From positions 178,306 through 242,305 of the forward strand of contig CAYJKP010000002.1 in assembly GCA_964371245.1 (NCBI GenBank): a stretch of DNA of 64,000 bases, in the 5' to 3' direction. Made by a program: the position numbers and the translations under genes. Under the pieces are notes generated by a model, which was given only the letters and a program-made list of their open reading frames with translations, was not told the DNA's origin and searched no databases. Source of the DNA: an uncultured Gammaproteobacteria bacterium (GTDB lineage: Bacteria > Patescibacteriota > Patescibacteriia > JAHIZJ01). Below, in pieces: positions 46,143 to 56,969 of this stretch (its first letter is position 1; the number at the start of each line of letters is the position of its first letter).

Positions 46143-48368
46143 ATGATACTTCGCAAAACAACAAAGCGCGTGGGGGGCGTATTCGCTATTCTGGCTGTCC
46201 TCTGGCTCTGCCTGGCTTCATATCATCAGGCCGCAGCCATTGCCCCAGACCGCATCAGCGCTGAAACGATTCAGCAAAATACTTTGGGTGAACAAGCACG
46301 TTCTCCTTTTTTAATTGGCACGGAATATCAATCGCCAGACATCACGTTGTCAAAAGCCGCCACGGTTTTCGGCTTTACCTGGCAGGGCACTGCAAGCGCA
46401 ACGTTTTCCGTTCAATTAAAAAACGATACCACTTGGTCGGATTGGAAAGTAGTACCGGCTATGGAAGGGGTCGGAAAAAATGACCTTTCTGGCACTGATC
46501 TGCTTTTTGTCAGTCCCACCACAACCTTCCGTTATCGTTATACCGCCAGCGAACCACTGACAAATGTCCGGGCGTTTGCGCTCCGCGTTGATTCTCAAAC
46601 TGGCGTTGTCAGTTGGCTCCAGCGATTTCTCCAGTCATTCGTACCCGCCAGTCGAGCCAATGTACCGATCATTCCACGCGCTGACTGGGGTGCAAACGAG
46701 GAAATCAGCTTCTGGGAACCGGAATACGCCCAACCGGAGAAAATTATCGTCCACCATACCGCCGGCGCTGACGGCAGCGTCAATCCCGAAACCGTTATTC
46801 AGTCCATCCAATACTGGCACGCGGTCGCGCTGGGCTGGGGCGACATCGGCTATAATTATCTGATCGACGCCAACGGCAATATCTACGAAGGGCGCAAAGG
46901 CGGCGACGGCGTCATTGGTGCCCATGCCTATCGTAATGGCGCCTGCAACGAACAGCGTTTCGGCGGCGACCACGTCGGCGTCGACTTTAATCGCGGCACG
47001 ATCGGTATTTCCCTACTCGGCAATTATCAAGATAACGAACCGACTGCCGCCGCGCTCGACTCATTGAGCCGGCTGATCGCCGAGAAAGCGCATCGCTATG
47101 GTATTTCTCCGACCGGCTTTTCTGATTTCCAGGATCTCGTGAACGTACCAAATGTCCTCGGCCATAAGGACGTCGATTGTACGCTCTGCCCCGGGACGAA
47201 CGTGGAGGATCGACTCGCCTCAATTCGAACGCACAGCCAGCACTATTACAACGAGCTTGGCACGCCGGAGGCGACTACCCGGGCAAGCTTTATCGCCGCC
47301 AGCGATCGTGATTTCAATCTTCAAACCCAGGAGACAATAACCCTGTGGGCGGATTTTAAAAACACCGGCACGTCAACCTGGCACCGGAATGACACGGTCC
47401 CGCTCATGTTGGCAATAAGTCACGCCGGTTCGCCCTTGGCAGATTCCAGCTGGCTGTCCGATACCGTGGCCGCAAAATTACACGCGGTCAGCGTGGCGCC
47501 GGGCGAAACCGGACGTTTTGAATTTACCGTCACCGCCCCGAGTGACCATCTCGAGGTGACCGAAACCTTTCAACTCGTCCAGGATGGATTAGCAATCGTC
47601 AATACGGATTTTCAGCTCGTCGTCCACGTGACTGGACTGGACTGGGCGGCCCGGCCGAAAACCCAGGCTGTCAACGCGGCCAGCTTCTTGGGTGCGCGAC
47701 TGCCAGCCAGGTTGACGTTTACGAATGCCGGCACAAAGACGTGGACGCGCGATAATACCTACCTCTATATCTATGACCTCGGCGACGCCGCCAGCCGCTA
47801 TCGTGACCGCGACTGGTCAGAACCGGACGGCAAAATATTGCTCAAACAGACAAGCGTAAAGCCTGGCCAGACCGGTACCTTTGAATTTCAGGAAACCAGC
47901 CCGGTTAACCCGGGACGCTACAAACAAATTTTCCGGCTCTACGCCGCCGGCCGACGCGTCGTGAATTCCGAGGTTGAATTGATTACCCGCGTGGACGCCA
48001 TGTATAAAGCACGGTATATTTCCTCAACTCTGCCGCTCGCCATGAAAACCGGCTGGCGGCCGCTGGTGACGCTCCGATTCAAAAATACCGGCGTGACGAT
48101 TTGGGATAAGAATGTTTGCCTCAACGCCTACGACTTGGGCTTCCGAGCCAGCCGATTTTCCGATTCCGATTGGTCAACTGCTACGGGCGGCGCAACCTTG
48201 AATGAAACCTCAGTAAAACCTGGCGCCATTGGCACGTTTACGCTTCGGCTGCGAGCACCGCAACCAGGGCTCTATTTGAATATGTTCCAATTGTCGGCTG
48301 CGAACTACCCTTATCAAATTCAAGGCGGGACGGCAGCCAACATCACGCGCGTCGATCCGGCGCGATAG
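46143..48368 (+). CDS. N-acetylmuramoyl-L-alanine amidase (Amidase_2/PGRP domain) with four C-terminal Ig-like (NTG-x-W) repeats
   Basis: Signal peptide. Amidase_2 zinc-ligand context (IIVHHTAG ... HKDVDCTLCPG). C-terminal repeats of ~110 aa (FKNTGTSTWHRND.., FTNAGTKTWTRDN.., FKNTGVTIWDKN..). Confidence 0.8.
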   Translation: MILRKTTKRVGGVFAILAVLWLCLASYHQAAAIAPDRISAETIQQNTLGEQARSPFLIGTEYQSPDITLSKAATVFGFTWQGTASATFSVQLKNDTTWSDWKVVPAMEGVGKNDLSGTDLLFVSPTTTFRYRYTASEPLTNVRAFALRVDSQTGVVSWLQRFLQSFVPASRANVPIIPRADWGANEEISFWEPEYAQPEKIIVHHTAGADGSVNPETVIQSIQYWHAVALGWGDIGYNYLIDANGNIYEGRKGGDGVIGAHAYRNGACNEQRFGGDHVGVDFNRGTIGISLLGNYQDNEPTAAALDSLSRLIAEKAHRYGISPTGFSDFQDLVNVPNVLGHKDVDCTLCPGTNVEDRLASIRTHSQHYYNELGTPEATTRASFIAASDRDFNLQTQETITLWADFKNTGTSTWHRNDTVPLMLAISHAGSPLADSSWLSDTVAAKLHAVSVAPGETGRFEFTVTAPSDHLEVTETFQLVQDGLAIVNTDFQLVVHVTGLDWAARPKTQAVNAASFLGARLPARLTFTNAGTKTWTRDNTYLYIYDLGDAASRYRDRDWSEPDGKILLKQTSVKPGQTGTFEFQETSPVNPGRYKQIFRLYAAGRRVVNSEVELITRVDAMYKARYISSTLPLAMKTGWRPLVTLRFKNTGVTIWDKNVCLNAYDLGFRASRFSDSDWSTATGGATLNETSVKPGAIGTFTLRLRAPQPGLYLNMFQLSAANYPYQIQGGTAANITRVDPAR

Positions 48369-48428
48369 CCATATTTTCAACACAAAATAAAAGCGGGCCT
48401 GGGAAATTCCCGAGGTCCGTTTGTCGTC

Positions 48429-48797
48429 TCACGGGTATGAGACGGACTGAAATCGAAAGGGGCGTCGCCGAAGAAGCGTGTGGATGATGCTTGCTGCCGC
48501 CGTGGTGCTTGGCCGTCGGGTCGGTCGTGGCCCTCCCGGCGTGCCGCCTGGACCGTTCCGTCGCAGGCCCTCACGCTCTATCCGACCGGCAACTTCCTCG
48601 CGGTTCACGAGGTAATGCCTCGGATCGGCGACGATACCGATGCCGGCTTCCCCAAGCCGCAGCTCTTGCAGGACGATTGTCGCCACCCGCTCTTGCCTGC
48701 CTCTCCCGAATAGATGCCAGAGGTTCCTGAGACCGGGACGAGGCTTCCGTCGATCGATAAAGATCTTTTCGCCCGGTCGGCGTGTCAAAATGAGCAT
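48429..48797 (-). CDS. csrA: CsrA-like carbon storage regulator homolog carrying a 21-aa insertion and a long low-complexity C-terminal tail
   Basis: N-terminus MLILTRRPGEKIFID matches the CsrA start (MLILTRRvGEtlmIgD). After a 21-aa insert, RVATIVLQELRLGEAGIGIVADPRHYLVNREEVAGRIE aligns to the CsrA beta3-5/GVxAP-REEI region. SD GGGGAGG. The high-GC context inflates shadow ORFs, so the end point is uncertain. Confidence 0.45.
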   Translation of the reverse strand: MLILTRRPGEKIFIDRRKPRPGLRNLWHLFGRGRQERVATIVLQELRLGEAGIGIVADPRHYLVNREEVAGRIEREGLRRNGPGGTPGGPRPTRRPSTTAAASIIHTLLRRRPFRFQSVSYP

Positions 48798-49060
48798 TGT
48801 GTCCTCCCCAGTCGGAGCCCTTCACTATCCTTAGGTATTGCTACCCCAGGTTTATCACTGCGTATCACCACGATTTCCCGAAAATACAAGGAAACGTATC
48901 GTGAGTATAAGCGGGATTCCCCGGTTTTGTCAAGGGTCTTGACGCCGCCCGCACCCAGAACAGAAAGGCCATGGAAATACACCTAAAATCCCCTTTACGT
49001 AAGGGTAAAAATGTGCTACTCTTTTGGTACAAGAAAATATAGTGAATTAAGGATTTTTTT

Positions 49061-49696
49061 ATGTATATTACCTGGCACGGTTTGACCAGCTTCAAAATCC
49101 AAACGCAAGATTGCACACTGATAACCGATCCCTTTGGCAAGGAGACGGGCTTAAAACCGGTGCGCAGCCAAGCGGAAATCGTCACTATTGGCCAGTCGAA
49201 GAACCCGGACGGCAACTACACGAGCGGCATATCAGGCAATCCCTATATCATCACTGGGCCCGGTGAATATGAGCTGAAACGGGTGTTTGTGCACGGCTTG
49301 GCTGACCAACTCGCTGGCCAGCCGCTGAAGCCTGATTTTTTAACCCTCTATTATTTTGAGGTTGAAGGCATCCAGATCGCCCACCTGGGTACGATCAACC
49401 ATCCTCTGACAAATGAACAGCTCGAAACATTTGAGGACATCGACGTCCTCCTTATTCCGGTCGGTGGTAAGCCCGCCCTCTCAGCCGATAAAGCTACGGA
49501 AATCATCAGCCAAATAGAACCGCGAATTGTTATCCCGATGTACTATCGGTTGCCCGGCTTGAAAACGCGACTCGACACCCTGAATGGTTTTTTACAGGAG
49601 ATGGGCATAAAATCGCCCGAAGAAATGCCAAAACTCAAGCTTGTCAAACGCGATTTGCCGCAGGAAGAAACACGTACGATTATTCTCCAACCGTAA
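49061..49696 (+). CDS. metal-dependent hydrolase, MBL-fold (UPF0173-like)
   Basis: 211 aa. The His/Asp pattern (ITWHG...D...H..HLGT..H) fits the beta-lactamase-fold UPF0173/YtkL family. Confidence 0.6.
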   Translation: MYITWHGLTSFKIQTQDCTLITDPFGKETGLKPVRSQAEIVTIGQSKNPDGNYTSGISGNPYIITGPGEYELKRVFVHGLADQLAGQPLKPDFLTLYYFEVEGIQIAHLGTINHPLTNEQLETFEDIDVLLIPVGGKPALSADKATEIISQIEPRIVIPMYYRLPGLKTRLDTLNGFLQEMGIKSPEEMPKLKLVKRDLPQEETRTIILQP

Positions 49697-49699
49697 CCC

Positions 49700-50176
49700 A
49701 TGCCACCAAAGAAAAAAACCAAGGCGCCAGCTCCGAAAAAACGCGCTCAAGCCGTCACCGTGCGGATTGTTGAAACTCGGCCGAATATTACGCCAGTCGA
49801 GCCGCCCGCCCCAGAGCTACTCCTCGCGAAACCGACTGCTGTACCCGAAGCGAAAAAGAGAGCCCGACCGCTCGCCTCGCTGCGTCCGACTGAAACGGTC
49901 GTTCGCCCAAAAACCTACGCCTGGATTGGCGTCGGTGTAAGTTTTGCGTTTATCGTCGTCGCCTGGGTTTTTTTCATGAAGTATTTTCCGTCGTCAAAGG
50001 GACCAAATCAAGCCGATCAAACACTGTCGAATATCGGTAAAATCGTCGGCCAAGCAACGGCTGATCTAAAAGGGCAGGCGGATAAATTAAAGAACGCATT
50101 ACCCAGTGAACCAACCCAGCAGGAACTCGAAGTACAAGAACTTGATCAAACGGTCTTTCCGGAATTTTATCAATAA
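49700..50176 (+). CDS. hypothetical membrane-anchored protein (Lys/Pro-rich N-terminus, 1 TM)
   Basis: 158-aa ORF immediately downstream of the MBL gene. TM segment WIGVGVSFAFIVVAWVFFM. Confidence 0.45.
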   Translation: MPPKKKTKAPAPKKRAQAVTVRIVETRPNITPVEPPAPELLLAKPTAVPEAKKRARPLASLRPTETVVRPKTYAWIGVGVSFAFIVVAWVFFMKYFPSSKGPNQADQTLSNIGKIVGQATADLKGQADKLKNALPSEPTQQELEVQELDQTVFPEFYQ

Positions 50177-50206
50177 TCGGTAATTCGTAATTTGCCTTAA
50201 TCCTCT

Positions 50207-52651
50207 ATGGTAGACAACCTCGGAAAAATAACAATTCGCAACATCACCGATGAAATGCAGGAGTCGTACCTCGACTATGCCATGTCGGTGATTGTGGCTC
50301 GTGCTTTGCCCGATGTCCGTGACGGCTTCAAACCTGTCCACCGCCGCATCTTGTATGCCATGTGGAATATTGGCTTGAAACCAGGGTCAAAATATCGAAA
50401 ATCCGCCACCGTCGTCGGCGAGGTACTCGGCAAATACCATCCGCACGGCGATTTAGCCGTCTACGACGCGATGGTCCGAATGGCCCAAACGTTTTCGCTG
50501 CGCTATCCCCTGGTCGATGGCCAGGGCAATTTTGGTTCAATCGACGGCGACAGCGCTGCCGCCCATCGATACACTGAGGCGCGGCTGGCAAAAATCTCCG
50601 AGGAAATTCTTGCCAATATTGAAAAGAATACTGTTGATTTCATCCCGAATTATGACGGCTCCCAGCAAGAACCGCAGGTGCTGCCGGCCCGGCTGCCCAA
50701 TTTATTGCTGAACGGAACCATGGGTATCGCGGTCGGCATGGCCACAAATATTCCACCGCACAATCTCGGCGAAGTCGCCGATGGCCTGATCCACCTGATC
50801 GACCAGCCAAATAGCTCGGTCGAGGATTTGATGAAATTCATCAAGGGACCGGATTTTCCGACTGGCGCGCAAATCTTTGATATCAACGAAATCAAACAGG
50901 CTTACGCGACCGGCCGAGGCAGCATCGTGATGCGGGCGAAGAGTGAGATCGTCGAAGAACATGGAAAATTCAAAATCATTATCACCGAAATACCCTATCA
51001 GGTAAACAAAGCGCAGCTGCTTGAGCATATCGCCCAATTGGTGAATGACAAGAAGATCGACGGGATCCGCGATCTGCGCGACGAATCGGACAAGGACGGC
51101 ATTCGAATCGTCATCGAGCTGAAGAAAGAGGCCTATCCGAAGAAAACACTCAACCGGCTCTACACGCTCACCCAGCTCCAAGATGCGTTTCATGTAAATA
51201 TGCTGGCGCTCGTTGACGGCATCCAGCCGCGCGTTTTGACCCTCAAAATGATCCTCGAAGAATATCTGAAACACCAGCAGGTCGTGACGCGGCGCTATCT
51301 CACCTATGATCTCGATCGGGCTAAAGAGCGGGCGCACGTCCTGGAAGGTTTGAAAATCGCCCTGAAACATCTCGACGCGGTTATCGCCACCATTAAGAAA
51401 TCAAATGATCGTGAGGAAGCAAAGGTCAATTTAATAAAGCGGTTTAAATTAACCGAAATTCAGAGCGTGGCTATCCTCGAGATGAAGCTCTCCCAGCTGG
51501 CCAATCTGGAACAGCAAAAGATCCTCGACGAGCTGAAGGAAAAACTGAAGTTAATCGATGAGTTAAAGGGCCTGCTCGCCTCCCCGAAGAAAATTCTCGG
51601 CTTGATCAAAAAAGACCTTCTTCACATGAAGGAAAAATACGACAACAAGCGACGGACCGAGGTCTTCCCGAATCCGGTCGATAAATTCACGCAGGAAGAT
51701 CTGATTCCGAATATTGCCACGATCGTCATGAGCACCCGTGACGGTTATATCAAACGCGTCGAGCCGGAGTCGTTCCGGACCCAGGGCCGGGGTGGCAAAG
51801 GCGTCATCGGTCTGACGACCAAAGAAGAGGATGCCGTCGAACATTTCTTTACCACCACTACGCACGCCAACCTTTTGTTCTTCACCACGCGGGGTCGCGT
51901 TTTCCAATTAAAAACCTATGACATCCCACAGGCCAGCCGGACCGCCCGCGGCCAGGCGATCGTGAATTTCCTGCAGCTCCCGAGCCACGAAAAGGTTTCA
52001 ATCATCCTGCCCATCCCGGAATTAAAAGGCTCCCAATACCTGATGATGATTACCCGCAATGGCGTTATCAAGAAAGTCGATATTAAAGATTTTGAAAACG
52101 TCCGCCGCTCCGGCTTGATCGCCATCCGGCTGAAGACCAACGACACGCTCGAATGGGTCAAGCCGACGACCGGTAGCGATAATATCGTCTTGGTCAGCCG
52201 CGAGGGGCAGGCGATTCAATTCCGCGAAAAGGAAGTTCGCGCCATGGGACGCAGCGCCGCCGGCGTCCGCGGCATCCGTCTAAAAGGCACGGACGAGGTC
52301 TGCGGCATGGCGATTATTTCGCAAGGCAAGGTGCTCCCGGAAATGCAGCTTCTCGTCGTGATGGAAAACGGCCATGGCAAGCGTTCTGGACTGAAGAATT
52401 ACAAAGTCCAAGGCCGCGGCGGTACTGGTATAAAAACAGCCAAGATAACGACGAAAACAGGTAAAATCGTCTCAGCGTTCGTCGTGAACTCAAAACTTGA
52501 AAAGGAAGACCTGATCATTATTTCCGGTAAGGGACAGGTGATCCGCTTACCGATCAAGTCTGTTTCGGTACTCGGTCGGGCCACCCAAGGCGTCCGTCTA
52601 ATGCGCTTCTCGGAAACGTCAGATAAAGTCGCCTCCGTAACCTTCATTTAA
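50207..52651 (+). CDS. gyrA: DNA gyrase subunit A
   Basis: N-terminal [14 protein letters not shown] and the active-site Tyr region. The QRDR-region motif ([17 protein letters not shown]) is collinear with GyrA over 814 aa, including the C-terminal beta-pinwheel repeats. Confidence 0.95.
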   Translation: MVDNLGKITIRNITDEMQESYLDYAMSVIVARALPDVRDGFKPVHRRILYAMWNIGLKPGSKYRKSATVVGEVLGKYHPHGDLAVYDAMVRMAQTFSLRYPLVDGQGNFGSIDGDSAAAHRYTEARLAKISEEILANIEKNTVDFIPNYDGSQQEPQVLPARLPNLLLNGTMGIAVGMATNIPPHNLGEVADGLIHLIDQPNSSVEDLMKFIKGPDFPTGAQIFDINEIKQAYATGRGSIVMRAKSEIVEEHGKFKIIITEIPYQVNKAQLLEHIAQLVNDKKIDGIRDLRDESDKDGIRIVIELKKEAYPKKTLNRLYTLTQLQDAFHVNMLALVDGIQPRVLTLKMILEEYLKHQQVVTRRYLTYDLDRAKERAHVLEGLKIALKHLDAVIATIKKSNDREEAKVNLIKRFKLTEIQSVAILEMKLSQLANLEQQKILDELKEKLKLIDELKGLLASPKKILGLIKKDLLHMKEKYDNKRRTEVFPNPVDKFTQEDLIPNIATIVMSTRDGYIKRVEPESFRTQGRGGKGVIGLTTKEEDAVEHFFTTTTHANLLFFTTRGRVFQLKTYDIPQASRTARGQAIVNFLQLPSHEKVSIILPIPELKGSQYLMMITRNGVIKKVDIKDFENVRRSGLIAIRLKTNDTLEWVKPTTGSDNIVLVSREGQAIQFREKEVRAMGRSAAGVRGIRLKGTDEVCGMAIISQGKVLPEMQLLVVMENGHGKRSGLKNYKVQGRGGTGIKTAKITTKTGKIVSAFVVNSKLEKEDLIIISGKGQVIRLPIKSVSVLGRATQGVRLMRFSETSDKVASVTFI

Positions 52652-52655
52652 ACGA

Positions 52656-53351
52656 ATGGTTGACGAGGCGCTGGCCGTCCAAATCCAAGAACTTACTAAG
52701 TCATATACGCTCGGAAAAGTTGTCACTCCCGTGTTGAAGGGAATAACTTTTTCGATTCGCCGAGGTGATTTTATTGCTTTAATCGGCCCGTCTGGATCGG
52801 GTAAATCTACGCTCCTCAACCTGATCGGCGGCCTCGACCGGCCGACCTCAGGGCGTTTAACCGTCTTCGGCCAGGGCGTTGGCTCGCTGAAAGACCGCCA
52901 GCTGGCACATTACCGCCAGCGCGAGGTTGGTATGATTTTCCAGTCCTTCAATCTCCTGCCAAATATCAGCGCTGAACAAAATGTTCTGCTGCCCGCCCTC
53001 CTGGCCGGCGACGACATGAAGGCGGCCACCCGCCGGGCTAATGAACTGATGGAACGCGTCGGCTTGTCAGCTGTGCGCCACCATCGTCCGGCCGAGCTCT
53101 CGGGCGGCGAGCAGCAGCGCGTCGCGGTTGTCCGGGCGCTCCTAAACCGGCCGAAGCTCCTGCTCGCTGACGAACCGACTGGCAATCTGGACAGCGCCTC
53201 AGGCAAAGAGGTAATCCAGGCGATCACGAACTTGGCACGCGATGCCGGCAGCACGCTGCTGGTTGTTACCCACGATGATCGCGTCGCGGCCGCCGCCACA
53301 CACACCATCCACCTGCTCGACGGTAAAGTTGAAACTGGAGGACGGCCATGA
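52656..53351 (+). CDS. ABC transporter ATP-binding protein (MacB/LolD/FtsE-like)
   Basis: Walker A GPSGSGKST, signature LSGGEQQRVAVVRAL and Walker B LLLADEPTGNLD. Confidence 0.85.
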   Translation: MVDEALAVQIQELTKSYTLGKVVTPVLKGITFSIRRGDFIALIGPSGSGKSTLLNLIGGLDRPTSGRLTVFGQGVGSLKDRQLAHYRQREVGMIFQSFNLLPNISAEQNVLLPALLAGDDMKAATRRANELMERVGLSAVRHHRPAELSGGEQQRVAVVRALLNRPKLLLADEPTGNLDSASGKEVIQAITNLARDAGSTLLVVTHDDRVAAAATHTIHLLDGKVETGGRP

Positions 53352-54637
53352 AACCAGCGCGACTTTTTCAATTATCCTTTCAAAATATTTGGCGTCGGAA
53401 ATTCCGGACGGTTTTGACCGTGCTCGGCATGAGCGTTGGCATCGGTGCCATGGTTTTATTAATCTCGTTTGCTGCCGGCCTTCAAAAGGCTAATAAAGAA
53501 ATGCTTCTGTCGTCAATGGAGCTGACGCAGTTGACGGTGATGAAAAACTCTCCCCAAAATGGGCCTGGCCTGGTTGTTGAAGGTGACGCATCGTCGAGTT
53601 TTTCCGTGGACGAACTGAAAACGTTGACTGACATACCTCATGTAAAAATCGCCTACCCGTCATACACGCTTTACGATTTGAAGCTTTCCTATAACGGCGC
53701 GACCAACGAACAGATGTTGACCCCGACGCCGGTCGAGATCATCGACCAGAAAAAGAAAGACAAGCTTGAAGCCGGTGCCTGGTGGACTGAAAACGACGCT
53801 ACCGCCGTCGTGCTGTCGCAACAGACCGCCGATAATCTGAAGGTATCCCCGAGCGACCTCGTCGGTAAAACAGTAACATTGCAGCTGCTTAAATGGTCAA
53901 TGCAGGGGCAGAGTGAGGTCGTCAAGGAATATTCGGCGACCGTGACGGGCGTACTTAAAAAGTCGACCAATTCATTTGGACCGTTCGGCGCTGACGCGAT
54001 CAGCCTGGGTTTTGCCGAAGTTATTAATAATGACCGGCCGGCCGGCGAGGGATATGATCCGAAGCTGGAAAGTTGGAGTACCGTCAATGTTATCGTGGAT
54101 GAACCGGATAATGTGAAGTCGGTGCGGGAGGAAATCCAAAAAAAGGGCTGGTATGCCAGCGGCGTGGAAGAACTGATCAACCAGCTTAACCAGGGTTTCC
54201 TGATCATGAAAATCGTCCTCGGGATCATCGGCGGCATCGGCTTAGTGGTTGCCCTGATCGGTATCACTAATTCAATGCTGATGGCGGTATTGGAACGGAC
54301 CAGGGAGATCGGCATTTTAGCTGCTCTCGGCGCCTCACGTCGGACGATCACCTGGCTGTTTCTCATCGAAGCCGCCTGGCTGGGACTACTCGGCGCTGCA
54401 GTCGGATTGGGCGGCGCGTTCGTGCTCGGCAAACTGATCGTGGCCGGCGTCGGCACTTATTTTTCGGCCACCGGCAAAGATCCGGGCGAGACGACGACTT
54501 TTTTGAAATTCTACATCAGCGCCGGTTTGGCGCTCAGCACTCTGGCGGGTGCGTTTGTGATCACGCTATTGGCGGGCTGGCTGCCGGCCCGGCGCGCCGC
54601 TCGGCTTGATCCAGTGAAGGCTTTACGTCACGAGTAA
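53348..54637 (+). CDS. ABC transporter permease (MacB-like periplasmic core + FtsX-like C-terminal 4-TM domain)
   Basis: N-terminal TM, large periplasmic domain, and a C-terminal FtsX-type TM bundle. Overlaps the ATPase gene by 4 nt. Confidence 0.8.
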   Translation: MKPARLFQLSFQNIWRRKFRTVLTVLGMSVGIGAMVLLISFAAGLQKANKEMLLSSMELTQLTVMKNSPQNGPGLVVEGDASSSFSVDELKTLTDIPHVKIAYPSYTLYDLKLSYNGATNEQMLTPTPVEIIDQKKKDKLEAGAWWTENDATAVVLSQQTADNLKVSPSDLVGKTVTLQLLKWSMQGQSEVVKEYSATVTGVLKKSTNSFGPFGADAISLGFAEVINNDRPAGEGYDPKLESWSTVNVIVDEPDNVKSVREEIQKKGWYASGVEELINQLNQGFLIMKIVLGIIGGIGLVVALIGITNSMLMAVLERTREIGILAALGASRRTITWLFLIEAAWLGLLGAAVGLGGAFVLGKLIVAGVGTYFSATGKDPGETTTFLKFYISAGLALSTLAGAFVITLLAGWLPARRAARLDPVKALRHE

Positions 54638-54663
54638 CAATATTCTCTACTCTCCTTCAGATA

Positions 54664-54702
54664 GAAAACAGACGGGAGAAATCATCCCGTCTGTTTTGTT
54701 TA
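54664..54702 (+). terminator. rho-independent terminator after the ABC transporter operon
   Basis: ACAGACGGGagaaatcatCCCGTCTGT followed by TTTTGTTT. Confidence 0.65.
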
Positions 54703-54716
54703 GCCGGTCAATGATC

Positions 54717-54745
54717 TTGACAAAATCAAGAAAAGACTTTATATT
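54717..54745 (+). promoter_or_regulatory. sigma70-like promoter (TTGACA-17-TATATT) for rpmF-nusB-rnc
   Basis: Consensus hexamers ~60 nt upstream of rpmF. Confidence 0.5.
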
Positions 54746-54804
54746 TACACGGATACGGCAGCCTTGTGTAATGAATAAAATTATTGTATATTTAAACTGT
54801 CTTT

Positions 54805-55071
54805 ATGGCACTTCCAGGAAAACAATCATCAAAATCCCGCAAACGCGGACGCATCTCCCTGCTTAAACAGAAGAAGGTTTCTCTTTCGATTTGTCCAAAA
54901 TGTAAAAAACCGATTCGACCACATCACGCCTGCGCGTTCTGCGGAACGTATCGTAGCCGCCCGATCCTTGAGATAAAGACAAAACTCAAGACGCCAAAAA
55001 AGAAACGCGAAGCCGAACAAGAGGCGAAAGAACAGAAAAAGCACGAAAAAGAGGAAGAGAAAAAACGCTAA
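54805..55071 (+). CDS. rpmF: 50S ribosomal protein L32 with Lys/Glu-rich C-terminal extension
   Basis: Basic N-terminus and a zinc ribbon C-x2-C ... C-x2-C (CPKCKKPIRPHHACAFCGTY), as in Firmicutes-type L32. Confidence 0.7.
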   Translation: MALPGKQSSKSRKRGRISLLKQKKVSLSICPKCKKPIRPHHACAFCGTYRSRPILEIKTKLKTPKKKREAEQEAKEQKKHEKEEEKKR

Positions 55072-55074
55072 CCC

Positions 55075-55530
55075 ATGTCAAACCGTCACCTCGGCCGAAC
55101 CTTGGCCATGCAAACCCTCTACGAATGGGACTTTAACGGTCAAAAGCCCATTAATTTAGCGAAAGCCGCGAAAGACAATGTTGAAAAGTTTGCGCCCGGC
55201 TTTGACGACGTGGAATTTACGCAGCGGCTCCTCAAGGGCGTTACCGAGCACATGAAAAATATTGATCAGCTGATCACGAAATACGCGCCAGAATGGCCGC
55301 TCGAACAAATTACCGTGGTTGACCGCAACATTCTCCGGATCGGCGTGTACGAGCTGAAATTCGCGCCGGATATTCCGCCCAAGGTGGCAATCAATGAAGC
55401 GATCGAGCTGGCCAAGACGTTCGGCGGCGAATCATCGGGTAAATTTGTCAACGGCGTTCTGGGAGCGATCTATAAGGATATGGATGCAGAAAAAAAGCCG
55501 GCGGAAGAAGTGAAACAACCAATTCAATAA
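55075..55530 (+). CDS. nusB: transcription antitermination factor NusB
   Basis: Conserved AR.AMQ.LY..D N-terminus and D..R.I.R.GVYEL / INEAIELAK motifs. 151 aa. Confidence 0.85.
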   Translation: MSNRHLGRTLAMQTLYEWDFNGQKPINLAKAAKDNVEKFAPGFDDVEFTQRLLKGVTEHMKNIDQLITKYAPEWPLEQITVVDRNILRIGVYELKFAPDIPPKVAINEAIELAKTFGGESSGKFVNGVLGAIYKDMDAEKKPAEEVKQPIQ

Positions 55531-55611
55531 TTAATTTTCTTCGGTGCAGGAAACTCGGTATCGCGACCGTCAGGATACCCGGCTCCCTCCGCTGAAGACG
55601 CGTTCGACGCT

Positions 55612-56304
55612 ATGAAAGATCTCTCTCGACTTGAAAAAACACTCGGCCTCTCGTTCCAGAACAAAGATTTACTGAAACAGAGCCTTGTCCATCGCTCCTA
55701 TCTCAACGAGCATCCGGGTTTTGCCCTGGGGCATAATGAACGCCTTGAATTCCTCGGTGACGCGGTTCTCGAACTTGCCGTGACGAAGCATCTGTATGCT
55801 GAATTTCCGGATGAAAGCGAAGGCGTTTTGACAAATTGGCGGGCCAGCCTCGTCAAGAGCGAACGCCTCGCTGAAATGGCCGACGAGTTGAAGCTCAACG
55901 ATTTTCTGTATTTGAGCCGCGGCGAATCAAAAGATACAAATTCGAAAGCGCGTCGCTACATTCTCGCGAACGCCTTCGAATCGGTCATCGGCGCGCTCTA
56001 TCTTGATCAGGGATTTGAAGCGGCCGAACGAATGCTTCAACAATTCCTCCTCCCGAAGCTCAAGCACATCCTCCAAAATCATCTCTATCTTGATCCGAAA
56101 AGCCTTTTCCAAGAAAAGAGTCAGGAAATCGAAGGCATCACTCCGCACTATAAAGTACTTTCAGAAGACGGCCCGGATCATGCCAAACAGTTCGTCATCG
56201 GCGTGTATTTAAAAGACGTCTGCGTCGCCAGCGGAACCGGCGCCTCAAAACAAGAGGCCGAAGAAAGCGCCGCCCGCGCGGCTCTCAAGGTTAAAGAGTG
56301 GTAA
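55612..56304 (+). CDS. rnc: ribonuclease III
   Basis: RNase III signature ERLEFLGDAVLEL and C-terminal dsRBD. 230 aa. Confidence 0.9.
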   Translation: MKDLSRLEKTLGLSFQNKDLLKQSLVHRSYLNEHPGFALGHNERLEFLGDAVLELAVTKHLYAEFPDESEGVLTNWRASLVKSERLAEMADELKLNDFLYLSRGESKDTNSKARRYILANAFESVIGALYLDQGFEAAERMLQQFLLPKLKHILQNHLYLDPKSLFQEKSQEIEGITPHYKVLSEDGPDHAKQFVIGVYLKDVCVASGTGASKQEAEESAARAALKVKEW

Positions 56305-56308
56305 AACC

Positions 56309-56800
56309 ATGTCAGAATCCCTCCATCTCGTTCTCATCGCCTTAACCGCCCTCCTCATGGTGATTGGGTTTTTGGGAACGATTTTTCCGAGCTTGCCCGG
56401 CCTCCCGCTCCTTTGGACGGTCGTTGTCTTATACGGACTGACAACGCAATTCAAAACAATCGATATCAACTTTCTGATACTCACCACGCTGCTGGTTGTC
56501 CTGGTCATTTTCCTCGATATTATCGCGAGCGTGCGCGGCACGAAAAAGCTTGAGATATCCGCCTGGGGCGTTCTCGGCGCGATTGCTGGCGGCGTGATCG
56601 GTTCTGGCTTCCATTCGCTGCCTGTGCTGGTCATCCTGCCAATCGTCGGCGCGGTCATCGGCGAGCTGATTTCGGGCCGGGACGCCGTCTATCGGATTGA
56701 AACGAGCAATTATCACCTGGTCGGATTCGTCGGCGGCACGATTGTCAAAGCGGGCGTGGCCGTCACGATTATCGGATTGTTTTTGTCAAAAGTACTCTAA
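56309..56800 (+). CDS. DUF456 family membrane protein
   Basis: 163 aa, 4 TM helices, Gly-rich helix (GAIAGGVIGSG). Translationally coupled to rnc. Confidence 0.5.
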   Translation: MSESLHLVLIALTALLMVIGFLGTIFPSLPGLPLLWTVVVLYGLTTQFKTIDINFLILTTLLVVLVIFLDIIASVRGTKKLEISAWGVLGAIAGGVIGSGFHSLPVLVILPIVGAVIGELISGRDAVYRIETSNYHLVGFVGGTIVKAGVAVTIIGLFLSKVL

Positions 56801-56817
56801 GGATCGGCCAATACTGT

Positions 56818-56842
56818 TGCTCCCGAACCGGGAGTTTTTTGT
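56818..56842 (+). terminator. rho-independent terminator
   Basis: CTCCCGaacCGGGAG followed by TTTTTTGTTTG. Confidence 0.65.
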
Positions 56843-56969
56843 TTGACCAATCTTAATAACTGGTGTTAAATTATTGGCGGCTGTATAGCGCAAACAGCGT
56901 GGCTAATGTCAGGGGGAAACACTCCCTGATACCGCTACTGCACAGTCAACGCAATGGAGGATTTGTCGC

